A model generated the notes under the pieces. That model did no database searches. It had not been told where the DNA came from and saw only the letters and a program-made list of their open reading frames with translations. From the human T2T-CHM13v2.0 reference genome, Homo sapiens: a stretch of DNA of 64,000 nt. The DNA lies in NCBI RefSeq assembly GCF_009914755.1, contig NC_060945.1. One strand, 5' to 3'. Below, piece after piece: positions 28,862-42,529 of this stretch (positions are counted from its first letter, which is position 1; every line of letters begins with the position of its first letter). A program made the translations under genes and the position numbers.

Positions 28862-29102
28862 TAGGGATGCCAGATTTAGCAGATTTAGCAAATACAAATG
28901 TAAGGCCACTCTGTACTATGCAAATCTATAGATACATATATGTAAATAGTACATATGTATCTCTGAATTTCAAATAAACAATGAATAATTTTAGTATAAG
29001 CATATAGCAAATATAGCATGTGACAGGCTTATACTAAATTATTTGCTGTCCATCTGAAATTCAAATTCAACTGGGCATCTTGTATTTTATCTGGCAACTC
29101 TA
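28862..29102. mobile_element. MER53 palindromic hAT MITE, left arm rearranged
   Basis: TIRs tagggatgccagat / atctggcaactcta; internal palindrome tgaatttcaaataaacaatgaataattttagtataag...cttatactaaattattt...atctgaaattca. Confidence 0.85.
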
Positions 29103-29457
29103 AAAACACCAAATTTGGGCCAATAGTCCTCCGGCTAATTAACTACAGATGGTTAGAATGTGTTTTCTTACACTGTACAGTGATGGAAATTAGTTAACTG
29201 CCAAATGTCTTAATTTTTGATTGAATGTGAAGATATTTTTAAGTTTGAAATTTTGTATTATCATTCAGTGATCACAGAGTCTGCTTTCAACTTTGGGACA
29301 AGCAAACAACTGAGAAATACTACCAGTCTTTAAAGCAAATTTTGGTATAAACTGTGTTCCACTGCGATACAGTTTCTATATCAGAGAAATGTGGTCAGAA
29401 TGTAGACTGATAGTGAGACAGAATTTCAAAACTTTTTGACATTTGTCCCATTGTTAA

Positions 29458-29793
<336 letters not shown>

Positions 29794-30370
29794 ATAATTT
29801 GGTTTTAAATCAAGCACAAGTCGTAATTTCCATTGCCTGGGATGAGATTCATGCTAATAACTAATATGAATGCCAATGAAGATAAGAATTTTACCTTTGT
29901 ATGCAGGTGAATTACATCAGAGCCCATTAGTCATCAATTTGTAGAGACTGACAACTCCACATTTATTTCAAATAAAAGAAAATGTAGTAGTCAGCATGAG
30001 GCCAGAAAACAAGCCAGCCTGAAATTGTTACCCATATTTATAAAACATACTTTCTATGTTTCCGTGCCTTCATCGTAGTGCAAAATATTATAAATGTGAG
30101 GCAAAGAAAGATAAATGTGAGTGGTAAAAATTGGCAGACTCAACATCTTAGTGAGAGAGATAGATTTACTTAAGGGAAAGTCAGTTTGGAAGTATTGTAA
30201 ATTATATAATGATATGGCATAAAAAGGCATGATCCAGTCTCAAGCATCTTCTCATGTCTCACAGAAACAGGAGTTAAGAAAACCAGCATCACTGCTTACT
30301 TCCCACGTGTCATCTCCTGTGAATGCTCCAACCATGTCCACTTTGAAGTTTCATTAAATAAAACACATTA

Positions 30371-30670
30371 AGCCGGGTGCGGTGGCTCACGCCTGTAATC
30401 TCATCACTTTGGGAGGCGGAGGCAGGCAGATCACTTGAGGTCAGGAGTTCGAGAGCCTGGCCAACATGGTTAAACCCCATCTCTATTAAAAATACATAAA
30501 TTAGCCGGGTATGGTGGTGCATGCCTATAATCCCAGCTCCTTGGGAGGTTGAGGCACGAGAATCATTTGAACCCAGGAGGCTGAGGTTGCAGTGAGCTGA
30601 GATCGCACCATTGCACTCTCCAGCCTCGGCAACAGAGCAAGACTGTCTCAAAAAAAAAAAAAAAAAAAAA
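30371..30670 (+). mobile_element. Alu (AluSz/J-like)
   Basis: Both arms and poly(A). Confidence 0.93.
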
Positions 30671-30889
30671 GGTCAAATACTTGCTTCTCTACCAGTATTA
30701 TCTGCAAAAACAGAAGCCTTCCACTCTGATTTATACCACAGTCAGACAAACCCAAACGCTGTGGATTTCCTTCTCCTTAACCAAATGGTACTGTTTTGAG
30801 CCATCTTCTCCTCTGTTGTAGGTTTGGACTAATCCAGACAAAAATAGTGAGTGAGATTCCACTAGCCTGTTGAAGAAATCTCTTTCCTA

Positions 30890-31247
<358 letters not shown>

Positions 31248-32447
31248 TCACCCCCTCCACACTCACTTCCAGACATCAGTGTTCCTGTTTTGCCAGTCAT
31301 CTCACAACAATGCATGTCCAAGCCACGCTGTGATTAGAGGGAGAATATGCTTATTACCCAAGTTCTTCGCATGTTGGAGCAGGGAGAGGCCAAGGGTGGT
31401 AAACCACAGGAAATTTCCATTTGCCCTCCGCTGCGGCACTCTCACTCTATAGGGAAGTTAGTTGTTATTAGGTAATAATGTTCAGCGGAGGTTGGTCACT
31501 CGTAACAACAGACAGATGTGTAATGTTTTATTTGGGTTAGCCAGCTCTCTCACAAATAAAGGGCCTGAAATTAAACTGTCTTTATGAAAATATTCAGTAA
31601 ATGATACCTCTGGCTTATTCCAGTGCTCAGATTCTTTGCCATGGAAAATGGCAAATGAGTCCCCTGTTGGGCCCGGAATCTGTTTAAACTTGTCTTTGTC
31701 GAGTACAGAAGGGTTGATGTTCTATGAGATTAAAAAAAAGTTTTTAAAGAATTCGCATCGAGGAGTAAAGGGAACAACGATGCAAACCACATTTAGAGAT
31801 GGAAAAGAATTTTTTTTTAGTACTTATGGAATTTCAAACAATAATAATGGAACAGAAACATAGGAAAAAAGCTACATATCTGACCACAGAGGCAAATTGC
31901 ATTATTACATGCTCACATGCAATGCAAATGTGGATTGGTCTGTAAAGGAACACTTTTTGCTTTTCTAATGCATAGTAGGGTGAGAGGGGCACCTCTCCAA
32001 TTTGCCAAGGCATCACTAGCAAACTCCAGCTACCGAATTGCTTGGGGAAATTGAGTTCTTTTGAAGACAGGTTCTTGGGAACTGCACCCCAAGAACTTCT
32101 GGTTAAGTAGCTCAGGTGTGGAGCCTGAGAGCCTGCATTTCTGACGATGGGGATGCTGCGGTTGGATGAGGGGAGAAGGGTCACACTATTCTATACCACC
32201 CTGTTTCCAGTAGCCAGTGAGATGGATAACTCATCTCAACATAGAGTGTGACCACGAAGAGAGATACCTACCCGTAAAATGGACTAAGATTCACAAAAGC
32301 TTGTTTCCAGCTCTAACCTTGTTACTGGCTCAGTAACCTTGAACAAGTTACTCAAACTTTTTGATCCTTTTATCTCCCTAGATATAAAGTGTAGAGTTTA
32401 GACCAGATCAGCACTCCTCAGTGTTCTCAAATGTCATAAAAAGGGCT

Positions 32448-32449
<2 letters not shown>

Positions 32450-32484
<35 letters not shown>

Positions 32485-32490
32485 TATATA
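32450..32490. repeat. (CA)n microsatellite followed by (TA)n
   Basis: Direct reading. Confidence 0.9.
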
Positions 32491-33089
32491 GCTACAGTTA
32501 AGCAGGTTTTATAACTGTAGGATGTCTCAGAAACTGTAATAAACAAATGTGCAATGTGGCTCTCCAAAGAGTGAAAACAATGGGGTGTCTGGGGGCTCAG
32601 CTTCAGCTCCAGTAGGCAAATCCTTCCAAAAGTATTTAACCACAAATTCCTTTATGTGTATGGAACACCTGAATCACACACTTCAGCAAGAGAACCCCTA
32701 ATGTCCTCCAGCCTTAACTTTCCCATCCTAGAATCTAGGTTCTCCCCACAGTCCTCCAATGTTCCCAGCCAGGCCAATGCTAAAAGCTTCCCTTAATGAT
32801 ACCCATTATCCAAGGAAGAAACCTGAGAGCAATTTTCTACTACCTGTTTGCTTTTTTCCAGCAATTCTCAACTTTTTGCCAAGACATTACACCCGAATTT
32901 CTATCCCCAAGGAAACATTTTCTAACTAAAAACTCCACCTGGCCACTGCAGTACTTATATATTTAATCCCAATGACTTTCTCCATTCCTTTGTTTGAAAG
33001 TAATGAGACTAAATTTTAGACAATCTAATTTCTTGGCTTATTCATTTTCTCCATATTCCAGATAACTTTTAAGTGGTGAAGAGTATAAA

Positions 33090-33277
33090 TCGTGGTTTTC
33101 CAAGTGTAGTCTAAGGTCTAACAGCATCGGGGATATCTGGGAAATTATCAGAACTACAGACCCTCTGGCTGCACCCCAAACCTGCTGAATCGGAAATTCT
33201 GAGGTAGGACCCAGTCATTTGCATTTTTATCAACCCCTCCAGGTGATTCTAAAGCACACTGAAGTTAGAGACACAGT
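33090..33277. mobile_element. MER5A
   Basis: gtggttttccaagtgtagtc...acctgctgaatcggaaattctgagg...ccaggtgattctaaagcacactgaagttagaga. Confidence 0.8.
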
Positions 33278-33319
33278 GTTGAGATCAGAAGCATGGACTA
33301 TGGATTCCAACATACCTTG

Positions 33320-33770
33320 TGCTATATCACAGTTCCTTTGTCTGAAATATGGGAATAATAGTAGTACTTACTTCAGAGTCTATGTGAGAATTAAATTAAT
33401 ATATAATACCTAATATCAGGCCTGGCACAGGGTGAGCAATGAGTCAATTAATTACAGCTGCTTAATCTATAATGGATGCTGACGCGTAGTGAGCAGGAAC
33501 TTAGCTTTGTCACACTGCACCACGAGACTCCTTTGCAAGCTAATGCTGATGATGGTGGTTAGATAGGAGTGCAGCCGTGGGAGCAGACAGAGCTGGTTTG
33601 CTCACCAGGTGCTCCATGTATTAGCTTTGTGAATGCATGTAAATTATTTAATTTCTCTAAGCTTAGTTTCGTCACCTAGAAAATAGAGAAAATAATTTCT
33701 CCCCAAGGTAAAGAGAGGGATTCAATAAGATAATATCTATAACTGCTTTGAAAAGTGCCTGGACCCTTTT
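33320..33770 (+). mobile_element. Two MIR fragments
   Basis: cagttcctttgtctgaaatatgggaataatagtagtac and tctctaagcttagtttcgtcacctagaaaatagag cores. Confidence 0.55.
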
Positions 33771-34120
33771 AAGTTGTCCCTTCCCAAATGAAAGCTATCA
33801 ATGACCTAATGACAGTGGTACCTGGGCGGCCCAGTGTGTCTATGTGATTACAGATCCTGAGGCCACTAGGTCCTTAAACTTGGGCTTCTTGCTCCACAAA
33901 ATATTAGAATGATAGGATATGATACCCTTACAACTTTCCCTAAAAAGCTATCTTGTCATGATAAATGTAAATATTGACTCAGAAGTAATCAAAAGATAAT
34001 TAGTCACCTTTTCTATGTTGTTCTTAGGGATAAGGCAAGCCATTCTTGCCATTACAATCTTGTTGAATTTGGGTTCTTTTTGTATTCAGTGTTGAGTCAT
34101 AGACCAACATTCAGAGTTTA

Positions 34121-34486
<366 letters not shown>

Positions 34487-34544
34487 TTAGGTCAGGCATA
34501 TAATCCTAAGATAAAAAAATATGTATTAATCGTGAAAATGTCTC

Positions 34545-34970
34545 TGTGGTCAGGTTTCACTAGGTTTTGCCTTGTTAACAACTCTAAGAACTGTGTGGCT
34601 TACAGCAACAAGAATTTTTTCTCACCTGTGTTTCAAGTCAGCTGTAGTTGAATTATGGCTCAGTTCCAAGTTTCCTTCTTCCCACTTACCAGAAGGAAGG
34701 AACAGCCCAATCCATGACCCACCCACATGCAAGGCAAGCCATGTGATGATCCCGACACCTCTCTTCAGGCATGGTGTGGGTTACTGCTGTTCACACTCCA
34801 TTGGCCAAAGCAGGTGACAGGGCCACACCTGACACAAGGGAGTAGGAAACACACACCCCACCCCCGCTACGCCCGGGCAGGGAAAGTCCCAGTGAAGGAT
34901 CCTTTGTGGAAGGACCCAGCCGAGAGGCACAGCAAATAGTTGGGAGCAACATACATCAACCACAACCTCC
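34545..34970. mobile_element. Old MaLR LTR (MLT1J/K-like)
   Basis: gtggcttacagcaacaag...cacactccattggccaaagcaggtgacagggccacacctgac. Confidence 0.55.
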
Positions 34971-36496
34971 CAAATTGTCACAGCTCTACCAATAGTTTCC
35001 AAGTTCAAACACATCTTCCAAACACAGGTCACTGAGAGGAAACTAGCTTCCAAGTGTGCTGTAATCTCAACTGGTGCTTCCCCTGAAATCCTGATAATTC
35101 CCCTGGAGGAGAATGAGTGATTCTTCAGCCTCCAAGGAGCTGTCATTCTTTCTGGGCCATCCTTCAGTCCTCAGTAGTCTAAGGACTACTTTTGCAGAAG
35201 GAAAGTAGAATTTCCTCAGGAGATACAAACCGAAGGATTGCCCTCTGGAATCTGCTGAGAATCCACTTTGTCCACCTTGCTTGTTTTCAATGAACATGTC
35301 TGTTTCTGAGGCCACTTGGCAAAGCTATCTGTGCCCTTGGCTGGTATGGATGAGTTAAAAGCTGGACTTTGTACAGTCAGACCAGCCTTTAAAGCGGATC
35401 CTTCACTGCTGCGTAGTGTAGGGAGGAAAATGGCCCAAGGCCAAGGCCAAAGGTCATGGTGCATGTGCTCCTGTGACCACAGTCGAGGGAGCCCAGGGAG
35501 GAGAGCTAAGCCTTTATTCTCAATTGTTTTAAGCCTCCTGAGCTCAGTGAACCCCAAGTAGATTCTTGTCAAGCATTTTTTTTCTACTTAATATTTAAAA
35601 CTGTGATACTTAAAGTCAAATTTAATCCAGGCATTTTTGATTTCTGGACAAAGAGATCATTGAAAAATTAATTTGTCAGAAATATATGACACGCAAAAAA
35701 GCAAAAAGCTTTTTAAGTAACTTTTCTTACAAACAGGAAGCTATGTTTTTTCAGAGCTTAAAAGTGAGATCCACCACAAGTTAATTTTAGTCTAGAAATC
35801 CAAAGTTACTATTTGATTTAGATTTCACTCTTTATGCCTCATCACCCTGGTTAAAAGACGTGGAATGAGCTCGCTGAAGGCCTAGTTGAGGAACCCCGGT
35901 TCTGGGGAGCCACTGTCTCCCCATTTTTCTGTAAGTGAGAAATGTTTTTTCTAAGGGGCCTTTGCTTTGTTAGTTCACTGTGAAACGCAGAATGAAGTTT
36001 TCTCGAGATGGGCAAATTGAAAATCTTCAAAATCTGGCCTAACAGAGCTCTAAGTTTTAAAGACATCAATGTCTTTAAACATTGCCATCATCAACATGGC
36101 AATGGGTACCATTATCCTTGCTGTGTCCCCAACACTGGAAGTGTAGTTCTCCATATAGCTAAGTACCTTTTTCAATGTGCCTTCTGTTCCATTCTGTTTC
36201 AGAGTGTGTTTATTTTCTTTCCTTTAACTTCAGAAAACTAATGCTCACAGCATAAGCACTCAGTGACCTCAGACCATTAATCTTTTACTGGTTTGAAGTA
36301 GGAGAAAGTAATACTGACCTATCCATTCAATAGTTGTAAGAACTTCACTTAGGTAGATATCGCCATTCTAAAAATTGCAACCCCAACCCACAAACTGAAA
36401 CGATATAACAAAAACTGCAGAAATAAACATTATTTCCAGAAATTAAAGAAAACTGTTAATGGTTTATATGAAATATTGCTTAGCTGGGAGGATTAA

Positions 36497-37007
<511 letters not shown>

Positions 37008-37514
37008 TTAAGATAGGGGAAATTAGAAGAAACTATTCTTCTCTCATTCTTTGTGTTTTTATCTTTTGGAAAACTGTTATTGTTGCTTACCATGTTAGAA
37101 GTTAAGCCAGGTCTATTGAAGAATCACTAAGGGAATATAACCTAAGGCAGTAACATAAAATTATATGAAATAAGAGTATGTATCAACACTGATTCAAACT
37201 TCATGAAAGAAGTCTGCTGAGGAATAAAATTCTATAAATTAAGAGCCTATGATGAAGTGCAATTCATAAAGCCTATGGGTAAGATTGATGGGCACAAAGA
37301 AGATTCTGGGTCTTAATAGAGCAATGACAAAGAGGTCATTTGCCAAACATGCTGTGGCCACACTGGCAGGATCCAGCCTGTAAGAGGATGCACAGGTTAA
37401 TTGGGAATACTTTAACTATAAGAGAGTAATAACTGTAAATAATTGGCAGATCAGAAGAAACGTAGGAAGTATAAGTGTGCCTGTGTGTGTGTGAGAGACA
37501 TAAAAATATATGGA

Positions 37515-37742
37515 TGTAGACAGATGGATGATTGATAGATAGATACAGATCATAGATAATTGATAGGTAATAGATCAATAATTGACAGATGATAGATAAT
37601 ATGCAGGTAGATATTTAGACCGGTAATAAATAGATAGATAATTGATAGATAATAGATTGATTGGTGATATATAATAAATGATAGATTAGAGAGATAATTG
37701 ATAGATAATAGATTGATAGAAGATAGATAATAGGCAGATAGC
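37515..37742. repeat. Degenerate (GATA/TAGA)n simple repeat
   Basis: Repeated gatagata / gataattgatagata units. Confidence 0.85.
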
Positions 37743-38358
37743 TTAGGAAGAATTATTTTCAAAAAGTACATGCAAAAGAACCTCTTGAATTTAAAGGAGA
37801 TTACATGAAACTGTGGATGTTTAAGGGGATTTTGTGGTGGACTGACAGGAACCCTGGGCTAGCTTCCAAAGACTTTGGACCTTGTTCTTTCTGCCAGGAC
37901 CCAGCTGTGTCAAGTGGGATGGTTCTGACAATCTTTTCCACTCTAATGTCCTATGACTCAACAGTAGCAATGCATTTCCACAGGCGGTAAAAATATTCTA
38001 GACTCTTCCCTTCCAGCGCTCACTGTTTACTTCCTCTGCACTTCCCCTTCCTGCCTCCCCGTGTGCCGGTCAGTTCATAGCGGGCCTCAATGAGGGTGGG
38101 TTAACCCTCTCTTTCCAGGGTGTTTTGCTACGGAGCTCCCTCCAGGGGCTGGGAACTGTGTGGTGAGGGCTGTGGTTGGGGTTCAGCTTCCTTCTTAAAT
38201 CGTTCCTTGAACCTTTACCCTATTCTGTGCACTGTGCCGATTTCCAGGGATTGGAAGGTAAATGCCACTGCGTAACTCTTAGAAAATCATCGGGGGTCAG
38301 TTTTACTGGGGTGCACTTGGTAACCATCTATGAATCCATGTGTCCCTCTTTCTTTCAG

Positions 38359-38456
38359 GCAGTAGCAGAATCCCATGGTAGCCAGGTGGGTGAAGGGGAG
38401 CGAGGACGTTCTACCTGCCTTGAAGAAGACACCTGACCTGCGGAGTGAGTGACCAG
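38359..38456 (+). other. KCNJ15: KCNJ15 non-coding 5'UTR exon (98 nt)
   Basis: Polypyrimidine acceptor tgtccctctttctttcag|G at 38358/38359 and donor CAG|gtagta at 38456/38457; consistent with my recollection of the KCNJ15 mRNA leader. Confidence 0.85.
38375..38452 (+). other. Upstream ORF, 25 aa (MVARWVKGSEDVLPALKKTPDLRSE*), in the KCNJ15 5'UTR exon
   Basis: ATG 38375 (cccATGG) to TGA 38450-38452, read directly from the sequence. Confidence 0.75.
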
Positions 38457-40329
38457 GTAGTAGACGGTTCTGAGGGCATCACACACTTGAGGGAGGGAGG
38501 AGGACAGAGAGGGCCATGGCACCCTTTGACTGCTGAGTGCCAGCTGCTCTCTTTCCCACTGAGAAATGCTGCCCCCAACACACCCAGAGGCTCTAGGTCT
38601 TGTCCTGTGATTTCTGTCCACCAAGACTTGATAGGAGGTATGATAGATGCCATTAACTCCAGCACTATATACACAGGACTGCAGCAAAAGCGCTCTCAGC
38701 AGAAAGAGGAAACAGATACAGTTCATCCCAAGCCTGGCTTGCTGCCCCTTTGAAAGAGAGTTTCAAACAGAAGCTTCATGGTGCTGCCTTCATAAAAACA
38801 GGGCCAAGCTTTCCAGAATCTGGCAGAGGGCTGAGTGCCCGCAGGACACTTGTGTATCACTCACACTGGAAAACTTAAGCCTCTGTTTTTATTTCAGTGG
38901 ATTGAATGGCATGCAGTTTCCTCAGCAGCTTAAAAAAAATGCATGCAGTCACTTGCAGACAGGCTGCATTTGTCTCTGCTGGTGCTCATGTTACAAGTTT
39001 GTCTGTGCATTTGGGCATGCCAGAATGGCGTTTCATTTCCAAACCTTTATTGTGGTCACTTTCCTCTTCGTTACACTGAGAAGTGTTGCTGAGGGTATAG
39101 TAAGGCCCTAGTTCATCAATTATATCCTGTACTTTTCTTCTAACTTGATCCCAAGAACAGTGGAATTTGCTTCAAGGTAAACAAATTTTGAATAATTTAT
39201 GGCCCTTCTTTTCAACAAAAATGAAAACGTGACTTTCTAAAGAAAAGTCAATTTCAAGGGGGCATTTAGTAAATAACACACTCTTAATAAAGTAACAGGA
39301 AAATTAAAATGCCCAGCAGACCCATTGCCTCCTGAACAGGTGTTTGCTGCTAATGGATACAGTTTCCATTTCCTTGAAGGGATTTGCCCAGAGGATTACT
39401 TTCACAACTTCTATTGAGATAATACTGCTCTAACAGAAAGAGCAATGCATGAATCTGTATATCAGTTCCTTAATAAAAGGGAAGATTTTTTTAGTTCCTA
39501 AAATACCAATGAGGTGAAGAAAAACATGCCACCCAGGTAAAGTTACTCTGTAATCACCCGCATTATCTTTTTCAAGGAATGTGGGGGAAATTTATGTCAG
39601 TCATCAGGCAGGTACTAGAAGATGCTAGGGGCCTCACAGACAGCTTGTTCCCGGCTGTTAACATGGAGCAGAGCGTTCCCTGGGGCTGAGCATGGGAGCC
39701 CAGCACTTCTTATAGGTAGGTCTTTCCTACTATAATATTAGATGCCTACACTTATTGACTTTTTCATTTGCTCTTTAAAATAGATTTCTTCTGCTGGTTC
39801 TGCTTAGTTCTAAGGAGTAAGGTAGAATTTTGGTGCCATACCTAAATATCACGTCTAAAATGACATTGGTAGCACTTTTCCAAGAATAACCAGCATATTG
39901 ATTAAGCCATTAATAAAGCCTAATTATTTGCTTTAAGAATGTTTTTGGTTGTTTCAAACTGAGTTTTTTCCAAAGTCATAACAAAACTAGGAGAGGCTGT
40001 AGGTTCTTAATTATTCATTAGATTAGGGGGAAAACGAATTGCTATTACAAAGAATATCATGCAAAAAATAGGTTTTAAAAAATGCATTACTACTGAGTTT
40101 TAAAAATGTATACTAACATTCTCCATATCAAGAACTGTTTCATGGATGGTAGATTTTAGTTATAGCAGTACTGGACTTACACTCAGTCAAATAATTTTAA
40201 ATTTTCTATAATTGGGAATACATGGTAGCTGAATATAAGCAAACATATTACTCTATGAAATAAATGCATAAGAGTTTGTTATCACAAAAAACAGCATAAC
40301 ATTATTTTTTTGAAACACAAGGCTCTGTT

Positions 40330-40520
40330 TTAACACTTTACCTTGTTTAATAGTAACAAAACCCCTGAGGAATAGGTTGTATTGCCATTTTAAACACTGG
40401 AGAGCAAAGGTCCAGAGAGGTTAAATAGCTTTCTGCAGGTCACACAGCTGATGAATTGCAGAGTCAGCATTTAACCCCGGTCTGCTTTTCTGGAAAGCCT
40501 CTGCTCCTCACTCTACCCTA
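40330..40520 (-). mobile_element. MIR
   Basis: cagagaggttaaatagctttctgcaggtcacacagctgatgaattgcagagtcagcatttaacccc. Confidence 0.7.
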
Positions 40521-40659
40521 CCGACCACCTAAGTATAGATCAGTTAATCTTGCCTTCAGAATTCTCCTTTCTTGTGTACTTCCATGTACATTCATACTTA
40601 CTTCACATGATGATTCTATTTTCTGGAAGTTCCACCACATATGGCGATAATGAAACATC

Positions 40660-40686
40660 TTTGTCATTTCTCTAAGTGTTTCCAGA
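40660..40686 (+). promoter_or_regulatory. KCNJ15: Tandem splice acceptors of the KCNJ15 coding exon (exon start 40677 or 40686)
   Basis: tttgtcatttctctaag|tgtttccag|agcctggcaATG: two AGs 9 nt apart, 18 and 9 nt upstream of the start codon. Confidence 0.8.
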
Positions 40687-40694
40687 GCCTGGCA

Positions 40695-41822
40695 ATGGAT
40701 GCCATTCACATCGGCATGTCCAGCACCCCCCTGGTGAAGCACACTGCTGGGGCTGGGCTCAAGGCCAACAGACCCCGCGTCATGTCCAAGAGTGGGCACA
40801 GCAACGTGAGAATTGACAAAGTGGATGGCATATACCTACTCTACCTGCAAGACCTGTGGACCACAGTTATCGACATGAAGTGGAGATACAAACTCACCCT
40901 GTTCGCTGCCACTTTTGTGATGACCTGGTTCCTTTTTGGAGTCATCTACTATGCCATCGCGTTTATTCATGGGGACTTAGAACCCGGTGAGCCCATTTCA
41001 AATCATACCCCCTGCATCATGAAAGTGGACTCTCTCACTGGGGCGTTTCTCTTTTCCCTGGAATCCCAGACAACCATTGGCTATGGAGTCCGTTCCATCA
41101 CAGAGGAATGTCCTCATGCCATCTTCCTGTTGGTTGCTCAGTTGGTCATCACGACCTTGATTGAGATCTTCATCACCGGAACCTTCCTGGCCAAAATCGC
41201 CAGACCCAAAAAGCGGGCTGAGACCATCAAGTTCAGCCACTGTGCAGTCATCACCAAGCAGAATGGGAAGCTGTGCTTGGTGATTCAGGTAGCCAATATG
41301 AGGAAGAGCCTCTTGATTCAGTGCCAGCTCTCTGGCAAGCTCCTGCAGACCCACGTCACCAAGGAGGGGGAGCGGATTCTCCTCAACCAAGCCACTGTCA
41401 AATTCCACGTGGACTCCTCCTCTGAGAGCCCCTTCCTCATTCTGCCCATGACATTCTACCATGTGCTGGATGAGACGAGCCCCCTGAGAGACCTCACACC
41501 CCAAAACCTAAAGGAGAAGGAGTTTGAGCTTGTGGTCCTCCTCAATGCCACTGTGGAATCCACCAGCGCTGTCTGCCAGAGCCGAACATCTTATATCCCA
41601 GAGGAAATCTACTGGGGTTTTGAGTTTGTGCCTGTGGTATCTCTCTCCAAAAATGGAAAATATGTGGCTGATTTCAGTCAGTTTGAACAGATTCGGAAAA
41701 GCCCAGATTGCACATTTTACTGTGCAGATTCTGAGAAACAGCAACTCGAGGAGAAGTACAGGCAGGAGGATCAGAGGGAAAGAGAACTGAGGACACTTTT
41801 ATTACAACAGAGCAATGTCTGA
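40695..41822 (+). CDS. KCNJ15: Inward-rectifier potassium channel Kir4.2, complete 375-aa single-exon CDS
   Basis: Translation [10 protein letters not shown]...QQSNV* has the Kir slide helix ([14 protein letters not shown]), M1, pore helix and filter ([12 protein letters not shown]), M2 ([10 protein letters not shown]), the [11 protein letters not shown]2 motif and a C-terminal SNV PDZ-type motif. ATG 40695 has a strong Kozak context (gcaATGG) just after a splice acceptor; the track ORF start at 40641 is intronic. Confidence 0.99.
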   Translation: MDAIHIGMSSTPLVKHTAGAGLKANRPRVMSKSGHSNVRIDKVDGIYLLYLQDLWTTVIDMKWRYKLTLFAATFVMTWFLFGVIYYAIAFIHGDLEPGEPISNHTPCIMKVDSLTGAFLFSLESQTTIGYGVRSITEECPHAIFLLVAQLVITTLIEIFITGTFLAKIARPKKRAETIKFSHCAVITKQNGKLCLVIQVANMRKSLLIQCQLSGKLLQTHVTKEGERILLNQATVKFHVDSSSESPFLILPMTFYHVLDETSPLRDLTPQNLKEKEFELVVLLNATVESTSAVCQSRTSYIPEEIYWGFEFVPVVSLSKNGKYVADFSQFEQIRKSPDCTFYCADSEKQQLEEKYRQEDQRERELRTLLLQQSNV

Positions 41823-42057
41823 TCACAGGGGCGCCATCCAGGTTTAACCCTGCAAGCTGTTTCCACATCAGAACTCCCTTCAAACACAAAGATTGCTGTG
41901 AAAACGAAAATGTGTAGACGCACTCTCAAAAACTGCACGGACATACAAAATCAATCTTTTCCTTTGATCTTGTGGCTAAACCAGCATTTCTGTGTTTGAG
42001 AGATTTCCTGTTAGGTGCTTCGTCTGAAAGTGAACTCTCATAATTCAAATTGTATAA

Positions 42058-42063
42058 AATAAA
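42058..42063 (+). terminator. Candidate proximal poly(A) signal AATAAA
   Basis: Canonical hexamer preceded by TGTA and followed by GT-rich ttggtgt. Confidence 0.45.
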
Positions 42064-42529
42064 GCTACATTTCTAAGAGCTTGGTGTAGGGCAATTGGAA
42101 TAATGTCCTGTTAGATAAACAGACATTTAGCAATGCTGACATTAAAAGGAAATGTATTTCTATACAAGATTATTAGCTGTAATACAAGATATTTATTTAA
42201 CCAATGACCTTATGGCTGAGAGTTGAATTGTGGTTCAGTATTCATTGATCTCACTGCTTTAAAACATGCTCTTTTTGTTCAAGCAGGAAAAATATTATAT
42301 CTAATTATGTCTATGTGGTAATACCTAAAAAGAGGTAGAGAGACTCTATGTTCACAAAATATAGTAATTTCATTTTTACCTTTCTTCAGTGGACTGAATT
42401 GTATGGAAGGAAATTGATCAGATCTGTAATTCACAACTGTGGAAACCTACACAAATGGGGCTGATGCCATTGTTTCCTCTATTTTATTTTATTTATTTTT
42501 GAATCCACTATCTCTTTCCATTCAAAATA

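Noticed and set aside
37336-37771. Ile/Tyr/Leu/Ser-rich ORFs with regularly spaced units
   Set aside because: Degenerate GATA simple repeat; no fixed repeat-spacer periodicity, so not CRISPR-like.
38647-39111. 154-aa Cys-rich ORF in the intron
   Set aside because: No recognisable motif or exon structure; this length occurs by chance in 64 kb over six frames.
40641-40694. 18-aa in-frame N-terminal extension ([18 protein letters not shown]) of the 393-aa track ORF
   Set aside because: The upstream ATGs (40641, 40650) lie in the intron, 5' of the acceptor at 40677; Kir4.2 starts at MDAIH.
40998-41504. 168-aa antisense ORF (and 41508-41744, 41524-41790)
   Set aside because: Shadow frames of the KCNJ15 CDS with no recognisable domain.
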